Positions 53,400 through 64,000 of a stretch of 64,000 nucleotides of DNA are shown here, piece after piece. A program made the position numbers and the translations under genes. The stretch spans positions 14,508,001-14,572,000 of the forward strand of contig JBHGNT010000020.1 of the NCBI GenBank assembly GCA_043228905.1, read 5' to 3'. Origin of the DNA: Azolla caroliniana (taxonomy: Eukaryota > Plantae > Polypodiophyta). A model generated the notes under the pieces. That model saw only the letters and a program-made list of their open reading frames with translations. It had not been told where the DNA came from and searched no databases. Each line of letters opens with the position of its first letter. Positions within the stretch are counted from its first letter, which is position 1.

Positions 53400-56300
53400 T
53401 GTCAGGAATAGTACTAAAACAGAGAGAGAATTAGTACTCGAGAAGGGAAGTACTATTAGTACTAAGAGGACAGGACTACGTAAGACTCCCGAGAGAGAGA
53501 GAGGAAAGAGAAGAGGAGAGAGAGAGAGAGATAGTGTGGACGAGAGAGAGAGAGAGATGATAATAACAGATGATATATTATAGGAAGAGTAAGTACAAGA
53601 TGACTATGAGGCTTAAGACTGGCGTTGAACCAATTTGGTTCAACATAATGCCTAGTGCCTTCTTTTATAGTGTTCTCAAGAGTAATCCTGAAGCTTCTAG
53701 AATGTTCCAGAGAAATCTGGAATATACATTAATTTCCTATAATAAAACTTAAATGAAAATAATATCCTACGTATTACAATGGATGGTATAATGGTTAAGA
53801 GTTTGATCCATATAACATAAGGTCATGGGTTCGAGTCTTGCCATATCATGACACTATCTCCCCCTTAAGACGACGAGTGGAACAAGTCGGCGTTGATTGC
53901 GGGACTATAGCCGAGCAAATCGACCAAATAATAAAGTTTGTTGCGAACAAGTTTGGAGTCGAGGATGGCAGCAACTTCATACTCCGGGCCGGCTTCCAAC
54001 TCAAGCGGGGCTGGCGGTGGTGTAACACGATCGGGAATAGTGTTTGCTTGATAAGGTTCAAGAAGAGAGCTACGGAAAACCGGATGTATCTGAAGACGGA
54101 AAAGCGGAGGGAGATCAAGGCGGAACGTGACATCATTAACCTTATTAGTAATACGGAAAGGATCGAGTCGTCGATAATCCAACGTGTCGCACGGTCGAGT
54201 AGTCTTGATGTGACGATGTAAGAGCCATACTCGATCTCTGATGGCAAAAGAGGAGGGAAGTCGATGATGATCCACATAAGTCTTCTGTGTGTGTTGAGCA
54301 TGATGAAGATGAGTAGAGAGATCCATCTGGATCTTGCGTGGCCTCTCCAAATGATCCCCGACACGAGGATTGGTAGGTAGCTCCGGGGTGTCGATCACCG
54401 ACCAACGAGGATGAGAACCGGTATAAGCGTAAAATGGGGAGACCCAAGTCGAGGATTGAACAACATTATTATATGGATCAAACTCTGCAAAGTGGAGAAT
54501 CTCGGCCCAATCGTCCTGTTGATAACTCAGAAAAAACCGTAGATATTGTTCCAGCGTTTGGTTCGTTGATTCCGCCTGCCCATAGGCCTGGAGATGGTAG
54601 CCGGAGGAGAGGTTGCAAGAGACCTTGAGCATCTTGAAGAGATGCTACCAAAATTTGGAGACGATTTGAGGTTCTTGATCACTGATGATACTATCTGGGA
54701 GGCCATGATGCCGAAATACCTCACGCATGACAAGGGCAGGGGTTTCCTCGCTAGTGATGGCCTTAGTACACGGCACAAAATGTGCCATCTTAGTATATCA
54801 ATTGACGACGGTTAAGATAGCATCGAACCCCTTCGAGATCGGCAAAAAGACAAATAGACTGCCATGGCTTACTTGGAGTCGGTAAGGGTTCCAACAAGCC
54901 ATATGGATGGTGTCGGGGCATCTTTTCTCGGCAACAAGCATCACAAGTCCGAACGTAGTCATCGACAAAACGTCGTATATGGGGCCACCAAAAAGATCGT
55001 TGAACGAGATCTAACGTCTTAGTACTACGGAAATGTCCCGCCGTATGGGTCTTGTGACAAGTTTGGACGATTTGAAGGCGACAGGAGCAATTAGGGACAT
55101 ATACAAGCTTTTTAAAGAATAACAAACCATCATGATATTCGAATTGTCGATAGTCCATACCTGGTTGTTGAGATTGAGAACAGGATGCCCGAGAGGTATC
55201 GATGTGCGCTAGAATGTCTTGAGCAAAATTATCTGTCTTCAACTTCGCATGTATTGCATCGGTAATCCGGGAGTCCATTGGGGTGTTAAAAATCTGTGTT
55301 GTGTGCAATCGTGTTGGTCGGATCACTAGGACGAGGTGCAAGATATGAACGTCGTGATAGCGCATTTGCTTTTCCTTGTTGCTTCCCCGGTCGATATGTG
55401 ATTTTGAAGTCAAAACGCGTGAGGAATTGAGCCCACCGAGCTTGCCGTCGATTTAGCACCCGAGTGTTCTGGAAATAAGCAAGATTTTTGTGATCACTAA
55501 AGAAGATGACCTAATGTGGAGAGCCCTCTAAGAAATGCCGCCATTGCACAAAGGAATCCACGATGGCAAATAACTCCTTGTCATGTATTTTGTAGTTGAT
55601 TTCTGCAGCATCGAATTTGCACGAATGAAAAGCCATAGGATGTAACTGTTCTTTATCTCCTTGTTGAGACAGGATGCTACTGAGGAAAAAATCCGATGCG
55701 TCGGCCTCCATGATGAATGGTTTGTTTGTATCCACATGAGCTAGAATAGGAGCTGATGTAAAGGCTTTCTTAAGATGCTGAAAAGCCATGTCTGCTTCAT
55801 TGGACCAAAGAAATGCTTGTACCTTTTTCGTAAGTTGTGTGAGAGGTAAAATAATCTTCGAGTAATCTTGTATAAACTTGTGGTAGAAGTTAGAAAAACC
55901 TAGAAAAAATTGTACATCTCGTACCGACCGTGGAATTTGCCACTCTAGCACAATTTGGACTTTAGTTGGATCCATGAAGATGCCCTTTGAGGAGATGACG
56001 TAGCCTAGAAATTCCATTTGCTTGCAGTCAAAGCTACATTTTTCTAGCTTGGCATAAAGACCATTCTCGCGGAGTCATTTTAGTACTAATCGTACATGAG
56101 AATCACACTCTTCCTGGGTCTTCGAATAAATCAATAGATCATCCAGATAGATGATCAAACAGATATCCAAGAGGTCTCTAAATATATCATTTGCCATGTG
56201 TTGGAAGACTGAGGGTGCATTGGTTAGACCGAGCGGCACAACAGTATATTTGAAATGCCCATACCGCGTGTGAAAGACAGTCTTCCATTCATGTCCTGGT

Positions 56301-58798
56301 CGTATCCACACAAGGTTATACGCTCCTCGTAGATCGATTTTTGTAAAAAACTTGGCACCATTAACTCGCTCTAAAAGACTTGATATAAGAGGAACTGCAT
56401 ACCTATTCCGGATGGTGACTTTATTCAAGCTACAATAATCAACGATGAGACGAAGTGAGCCATCTTTCTTCTTGACAAAGAAGATGGGTGCACCGTCCGG
56501 AGATTTCGAATGACGAATAAACCTGCTTGCCAAGTTCTCCTCTATGTTGGCTCGAAGGACTTCTAACTCGGTGAGTGACAAGTTGTAAATTGGTCCCCAT
56601 GGTGGCTCTACTCTTGGTTGTAAATTGATGGGACAATCATAGGGACTATGATGAGGAAGAGTACCGGCTTTTACCTTGTCAAATACATCGGCATAAGGAT
56701 GATATTTCGCCAGAAGTTGCACTAAGGATTCCTCCTTAATAGTGTTGGAAGGATGTACTGATATTGCAAATAGGAACATTGCCTCCTTGTGTCCTTCTTC
56801 GCGTAATTGACATAGTGAAATGGTTGAAACTCAATGAGTAGATTCTTGGGGTTGTCGATGTCGGACTTCTCTTGTTCTCCAATCGATGTCTGGATTATGT
56901 AATTCAAACCAAGGTAATCCCAAGACAATGGGATGCTCTGGACTATTAATTATATTAAATTATACTACACACACAAAACTACCTAGGAACACTTGAATGG
57001 GTTCTGAATCTTCTACAATATTCCCAGAAGCAATGGGACGACCATCAATGACTACTACAGATGCAGGGCAAGGAGGTTTTCTTAAGGATATCTGAGAAGC
57101 TTGGGCAAAATTTAGATCCATGAATCAGGAATTAGCTCCGGAATCTAGAAGTGCTAGGACGTGTACTAGGGGAGTACTTTTAGTACTAACCGTGACTTGG
57201 GCTAGGAACACATTGCTAACTTGTTTGGAGGGAATGGAACCACTAATGGGCTATACAGATCTAGGGCTGTCCAACCAAACGGCTCCTATTTTGGCTGGAC
57301 TCAATTGTTTAACTCTTCATCTAATTGACTAAGGATTTCAAATTTGTTTGAGACACTTGGGCTATTAGTACTATTAATACTATCAGACACTCCTAAGGGA
57401 AGAATTGACTCGAGTTTAGTACAGGCTACGATTTGATTGACCTGTCTTCTTGGCCTATGGGGACAATTGATTGCGATATGCCCTGGTCGTTGGTTTTCTT
57501 CTTCCGATAACGGGTCAACGCATGGTGTTGATCTCCATCGGTGTCGGAGTATTTGCTTGAGGTATGTCTCGTGCAAATGGTTTAGCCACGACTGAGGCGT
57601 AAGTGGGCTCCGGCCTAGAGCATGGTATTTGTAATTGACGTTTCAAACGCCGTTTGACTCCGTAAGAGACTTTGGTTCTTCGCGGAAGGTTAGAAGTAGG
57701 TCTTTGACATCGTTTTGCAAGCCGTAGCGAAATTGCTCAATTAGGGGCTGATCATCCTAGGGGATATCTGAAGCGAGTAGACGGAAATCCACCGCGTAGG
57801 TAGAGGCTGGACGATCGCTTTGACGCAATTGTCAGATTTTGTTGATCGTCGTCCGGATGTTGTCTATATCTCCAAAGCAAGCTTTAAACTCACTAATAAA
57901 GTCTTCAAAGTTATTAAGTAAGGGCGATTGTTTTTCTAGAAGCGGAGCAAACCATGCCAAGGCTGAGCCGCTAAGCAACGTGCCTATTAGGCCGACTCGG
58001 GATGCATCAGTGGGGTATCGAGAAGGATGCATCTGAATGACTAAGCGTACCTGATTGAGGAATCCCCTAAATTGCGATCGTGTTCCATCAAGTTTCATAG
58101 GAAGTCCAATCTTGGGCTCTTTATGAAATCCTTGGGGACTTGATCCTTGTTGTTGCAATGCTGCTTCGAGTTGTTGCACACGTAACGCTAACTCCCCATG
58201 TTGTTGTTGCATTTGCTGTTTTTCTAGGGCGATTTGTTGAAGATCCCCTAACAACCGTTGGTTTTCTTGTTCCAAGGCAACAAATTTTTCTTTTAGACAC
58301 TGTAGCTCGGAGAAAACGGATTGGTATTCTTGGGCGCTAACAGAAGCCATTGTATAGAAAAAAAAGATAAGAGGATGAGGGAAACCAAAAGAAAGACTAG
58401 AGAGGAAAAATTGGTTCAAACAGTCCGGAATAGTACTAAAACAGAGAGAGAATTAGTACTAGAGAAGGGAAGTACTATTAGTATTAAGAGAGAGAGAGAG
58501 AGAGATGATGATAATAGATGATATATTATAGGAAGAGTAAGTACAAGATGGCTATGAGGCTTAAGACTGGCGTTGAACCAATTTGGTTCAACATAATGCC
58601 TAGTGCCTTCTTTTATAGTGTTCTCAGAAGTAATCTTGAAGCTTCTAGAATGTTCCAAAGAAATTTGGAATATACATTAATTTCCTATAATAAAACTTAA
58701 AAAATAATATGCTATCTATTACAATGGATGGTATAATGGTTAAGAGTTCGACCCACATAACATAAGGTCATGGGTTCGAGTCTTGTCATATCATGACA
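53400..58798 (-). mobile_element. Second, older Tcn1-like gypsy (same family as 5939-11613), decayed
   Basis: LTRs 58422-58798 and 53400-53853; TSD GTGAA/ATGAA (one mismatch); PPT at 53854-53868; broken gag/pol ORFs homologous to the first copy; same self-priming PBS at 58408-58419. Confidence 0.95.
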
Positions 58799-59454
58799 AT
58801 GAATGGATGGTGAAATATAGAACCAAATAAAATCCAAGCATTTGGTGAATTGTATATGTCTTATTTTCATGTCAATTTGTATATCCTGGAGTACAATTGA
58901 AGTACAATTGAATACTAGGTTGAATATTAAACATCTTTATTTGGTATCCATATTCAAATTGTAGAGTAAAACTACATAAACCCTAAATGTTAATATGTGG
59001 TTTAGGGTTGAGGAAAAAGTAGTCCCCCACTTGTTGGACGGGTATATCGATAGTTTCGTTGGATAATGTCATATAATCCATCACAATGTAATTGGTAAGA
59101 GTAACAATTATGTACCACGTTCATTTATACTATTTGAAACCAACAGACTTGGAACGTAGCTAACTGAAAACCTTTTGTTATCACGAACATTCACAAGTTC
59201 ATGTATATAATAATGCTAGGAGAAATGAGAAAGTATAATATCATTTTAATACCCCAAACTGGAGAAGAGCATGGTGACCAATCATATGTATATACAAATT
59301 ACAGTTCAAAAAATGATTAAAAAGTACAATTATGAATGGGTGAATAAAATTAAATGGTAAACAATTACTTTTGTTCTCATATACAAAAACAATATCAAGT
59401 CAAGCTATACAATATGCCTAAAAAATCCTCAAAGTATACATTATGCCATCTAAA

Positions 59455-62400
59455 TCAATCTATAAGAAAATCTGGCACACTAGGCTCTTCGGGCGCTGAT
59501 TGTTCTAGACTATTCTCGTTTGTGTCATCTCCATGCTCTCCTGAATCTGATGTATGTTCAAATTGTGTTACATCTTCTAGGTCCACAAGCTCCCCTGCTT
59601 CTTCATCAATAGGTTCCATTGGTTCTCATGAAGTCATTTGGAACATCTCTGTCTCATTGATGTGCTTAGCTTTGACTTCTTGATCCTGATCTGGACAGTC
59701 CGAGATTCCTGTGATCCTCATTTTGATGAAGTTAACTTGTGTAGGGTCCTTCTCCAACACAACACAGTTTCGAAACATCTTCAATACACATGTTGTTGTA
59801 GTACCTAATGCTCGCATGAACACGAACAAGTATATATAAGAATTAAAGTCTTAAACTTGATCGACAGAAATCAAAGTAAATATATTTTATATACCTGTGC
59901 CAGAGAACAAGTCTAGGACCCAATCATCTAGACTCGAGAAGAGCTCTAGGAGGTGGTTGATCAATCTTTGAGGTTTTTGATAAGGATTCACCATACTCTT
60001 ATCACCTGAAACATGCCTTAATTTTTTTGTGACAGCAGGGCACATGATATAATTTACCACGTTACGCTCGTTGACATGTGCTCTAGCCTTCTTCTTTGTT
60101 ATTGAATCATAGTAACCCACACAAAAATGTTCGACCGCACTAACCATTCGATCGTCAGGGCTACGTGTAATATTTGTTTTTATCCTATAGAGAAATAAAA
60201 TCATGTTTTAGAGGTATGAATGTCAACATATAATAACAAGTATCATAATGATTAAAAACTAACTGTGACACACCAATGCATGTGTTTAGTGGCATGACAA
60301 CTTGACTTCAGAGCTGTTGTGACTAACAGTGATTGCCCCATGCTATGGTATATGATTATCCTCCACAACGGGGCCAATGTTAGTTCGGCGAAATCCTTTA
60401 CCATCTTCTCGATTTGGGGGTACTTGAAAGGCACATCATCATATGTTGATCTCGCAATTCGGAATCCATATGGTATGTCAACTATCAACAAAGTGTAGTG
60501 CCTTCTCGGTAACAAATCGAGCATTTCTTATACTTCCCCATTAAATACACTATAATGTAACTGTTTATAAGGATCAGACCTATGCAAAAAACTCTTCACA
60601 GTCTCTGAATCCTCAGGCATTTTCATCTCTTTCCCTTTGGTCATTCTCTTCTCATACTTTGCACGTTCTAAGTGTGTGATAAAGGCAGCTGGAATACCAT
60701 CATTATTGTCGTTGGTCTTTTTTTATTTTGATGGTTTTTGCAAGTGTCAATGTTGTTAGGAGAGAACATTAGCTTTCAATGTATTAACATTCAAATGACA
60801 CATACCCATTCTCTAAAACCAATTAAATATTCCTCCAATGCCTTGTAGGAAGAAGTTATCGGGTAGGCTTGCTCCAATTCTTCCCATGTCAGTAAACTCA
60901 ATTTTTGCATCATAAACTCCTGAATCTTCATGTATACCTTGTGACTATACAATAAATATGAAATTAAAAATTAAAAATCAATAATAATAGAAGAATATCC
61001 TGAAACATTGTATACTATAAACCCTTACTTTTGCAATTCAGTAACCATCTCGTCCAAACTAAATTCCTTGGCAACAACTCGAGATAGCACCGATATTAAT
61101 AGCGTATCATCTTTAATACCCTGTAATGACCTCCAAGGTAAATGTTTCATGTCTTCTGCTAACTCCTCGATTACCAAGTCGCTTTTGCTATTTGACTTCG
61201 ATTTGATCTCAACTTCTGGATCAATCCTTCCCTTCTTTGACCTCTTTCTGCTCCCACATGCTAAATATTTTTTCCTGGAGATCCCAGACCTCCCCGGTCC
61301 GAAAGGCTAGTTGAAACCAAGAATCATATTTTCGTAGCCCTTCTGATTTTCTGCTCTCATCCACTACAATCCCCACTTCTAGTAAACACTGGTGACGCAA
61401 ACCAGGCCACAACCTTGGGCCAAAATGATTTAATGCATCTAGGTACTCATGATGAAAAAATCAGATCCTTTCAATGCATGACATCTTTTGCCTATAATCA
61501 TTATCATTGTTATGGTCCCATGCTAGTAGTTTCGGCTCCTCGTGAGTGAGTCCTGCATATACTTTACATTCAGCGTACTTAAAGAAGGGGTTGATAGGGT
61601 ATTCTTTCACAAGCTATCTATGAGCTTCGGCCAAATGCGATCCTCCAATTACATAATATGTATAATCATCAGCAAAGCTATACTTGAAGTCTACTACTAT
61701 TGGACATTGATCTTGATCCACCATTACTAAAAATGGCATGACAGTAGCATGAGGATTAATTTTCATTTTGCTCTTCAAGTTTTGCACATGGATAGCGTGC
61801 GGCTCTCTAATTTCTAGGGAACGTCTTCCAGTCAAGGGATCAATTGGAGGCCTCTGGATTGAAGTAATTGGCAAATGAAACAGCTACCCCTTACGCACAC
61901 GTTTTGTCTTAATAATATTTTCTCTTATTTTATTTTGTTCAAACATCAATACACCAGAAGATAGTTGACCCCCCGGAGCCACAACGTCGACTTGGTGCTC
62001 TTCTTCTTCCTCCACGAATTCTAAAACCTCTTCATCATCTTCGTCGGGTCGTGGTCGTTTGTTGTATTTCTTACGAACCGGATTTGTCTTTCTAGAATTT
62101 TTTGGTGGAGTTTGTGCTTCACCACTCATCATTTCTTCTGTCACATACGGCCGCAGTGCAACTAATAAGTTGTTCATTGTTTGAATGTCTTTATGTAATG
62201 ACTTGGGGTTGCAACATTCTACTACTAGGTTTCCCTGTTCAAGACACAATCGTCTAGAGCCAACAGAGCTTGAGACATCGATTATAATACTCGAAGAATC
62301 ACTATCTTCATATTCTATCTTGGTTACATCTCCATAGTTAAATGTTTTTCCAAGCTCCAATTTGCCTTTACCGTTTGACTTAGCTGTTACTAAAAGCAGC

Positions 62401-62660
62401 ACCCCATCTTCCTTGACATAAGAGAGACACCATTCTAACTCTGGGTAATTCTTATATTTAAGTTCAGATGTTTTCTCTTCCTAGGCCCCACCCTTGCTAT
62501 TTTTGTTCGTTGCAACAAAAGACTTAGATGCTCCATCCCCCGTTGAGTCAAATAGAGTTCTTCTAGAGACATCTTTGACAAAAGAGTCAGAATCTCGATT
62601 TGTTGGAGTTTGAATCTTTAGTTTAAACGAAGGAACTTTTTGACGAGAGTCATTGAAATT
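59455..62660 (-). pseudogene. Spliced ParB/Srx-like + beta-class N4-cytosine/N6-adenine DNA methyltransferase fusion gene, decayed
   Basis: ParB-like segment PFLVMVD...YYVIGGSHLAEA...CKVYAGLTHEEPKLLAWDHN. MTase segment VFNGEV*EMLDLLP...LLIVDIPYG (motif IV), WIK, NPYQKPQRLINHLLELFS...WVLDLFSGTGTT (motif I), RNCVVLEKDP...RI. Introns 61028-60945, 60273-60185 and 59894-59805 are GT-AG; a fourth (60805 to ~60739) has a damaged acceptor. Several premature stops. 5' end approximate. Confidence 0.85.
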
Positions 62661-62834
62661 AAGACAACATCCTATTTAGGTTAATTACGAACAAGACCAT
62701 ACTATTTGAACAAAAACGATGGAGAAAGTAGTAAAATAAAAAACAATTAAACGCAAAACACTAAAAATAGTATCAAAATGATGAGAAAACTGTGATGAGG
62801 GACATAAATTTTCTATCTGCAAAACCCTATTTTT

Positions 62835-63154
62835 TCAATGAAAATCCGTTGCACTACATCCGATTTTCGTTGAAATGAGGGACTGCGGTTGAATCAAGGA
62901 GGGAGAAGTCATGTCACAATCCTTAGTAGTGCATGGGATTGTGGTTGAATCAAGTCCTTCAACCACAATCTGATGCACACATTGGATTTTGGTTGAATGT
63001 CCTCCTTTCAACCAAAGTCTGATGCAGTGCATCGGAGTTTGGTTGAAAGGAGGGACATTCAACCACAATCTGATGCACTGCATCGAATTTTGGTTGAATG
63101 CCTTGATTCAACGACAATCCGATGCACTGCTAAGGATTGTGACATGACTTCTCC
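62835..63154. repeat. Palindromic ~42-bp repeat array with 53-bp inverted arms
   Basis: Units resemble TTCAACCACAATCTGATGCACTGCATCGGATTTTGGTTGAA. 62902-62954 is inverted at 63102-63154 with 3 mismatches. Confidence 0.85.
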
Positions 63155-63640
63155 TTAACCATCTAGTGAAGTTTAAGTGCATTTTAATTCAATGGTGTGT
63201 TTCCTTAACAAAATATTTGGGGATTATTGCTTATTGTGAAAAGGAATCTTTAAGGCATCTTTTAGAATCTTAAAAAATGTAAAGAATATTGCTAACCTGG
63301 TGATCTTCTTTCCCTTGTTCATGATGCTTGGCGGAGGTAGTGCTTCGGAGTGCTTGAAATTAGTCTGTGCTCTGAGCTCGAAGGATTCTTTGTCGCGATA
63401 ATGAAAATGAAAATTGAAACTTCATTATATAAAATGTTTTTCTTTTAATAAAAATTAATTTTTAATTAATATTTTTTGAAATTCTCTTCCTAAAAAGTGT
63501 TATAGTGTAACCAATAACTCATATCTAGTTCTAATAGTTATATAGTAAAGATTCAACATTCCTTAATCTTTTCTATAGAGGAGTTCGGTATATAGCCCTT
63601 TGATGGTAGTGTCGCAGGGTTTGTCTTGATAGTTTTGAGA

Positions 63641-64000
63641 ATGTCTTTTTTTTCTATTGCCCCCTTTTCTTTGTCCAACAACTTGTATTTCTCAATAGAA
63701 GAGTATTATTACAAGAGACATTCGAAAGGCTCGCGTCAAAAACAGAAAAGTGAGGCTCCTAGTAGCTCGGATTCTCTTTTTTCAATTGATCTTGTTGATG
63801 GCCCTCTTCATGTAAGCTTAGAAGCGGATGATACTTCTATAGATAACAGTAGTATTAGTAAAACACTTGCATTTAAAAGAATCCCTCGACAAGTTAGTGA
63901 AAAGAGATTTAATTTTTTATGTTCTGATTGTCAACTTCTTTGCGACTTGAACAAAACATGTTGTGTGAATCTCTGCCTTTCAACTTATGGAAAGTCAAGG
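63641..64000 (+). CDS. Open-ended Cys-rich ORF (at least 120 codons), possible transposase N-terminus
   Basis: ATG at 63641 with no stop to the window end; ends ...FLCSDCQLLCDLNKTCCVNLCLSTYGKSR. It is absent from the ORF track because it has no stop. Function is a guess. Confidence 0.4.
   Translation, partial: MSFFSIAPFSLSNNLYFSIEEYYYKRHSKGSRQKQKSEAPSSSDSLFSIDLVDGPLHVSLEADDTSIDNSSISKTLAFKRIPRQVSEKRFNFLCSDCQLLCDLNKTCCVNLCLSTYGKSR

Noticed and set aside
59455-62660. Bacterial contamination as the source of the MTase
   Set aside because: The gene has GT-AG introns inside conserved motifs and is contiguous with a TSD-bounded plant LTR element.

Overview
AT-rich, intron-containing land-plant DNA, probably a fern or other non-seed plant (inferred from the Tcn1-type chromoviruses). 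The window holds a rearranged cluster of malectin-like/LRR receptor-like kinases: one intact 14-exon gene (27991-38036, -), the 3' half of another at the left edge, one pseudogene and several fragments. The cluster is invaded by transposons: two Tcn1-like Ty3/gypsy copies, a full-length copia with a chromovirus nested in its 3' LTR, copia relics and two MITEs. The most unusual item is a spliced, decayed gene at ~59.5-62.7 kb (-) that fuses a ParB/Srx-like domain to a prokaryote-type beta-class amino (4mC/6mA) DNA methyltransferase. It faces away from a Cys-rich ORF that runs off the window, with a palindromic repeat array between them, and may be a methyltransferase-carrying DNA transposon. 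The Tcn1-like elements also show a self-priming PBS, a conserved -1 frameshift heptamer with a candidate pseudoknot, and an antisense tRNA-like A/B-box module at the LTR tip. All calls were made by eye and no database searches were run.
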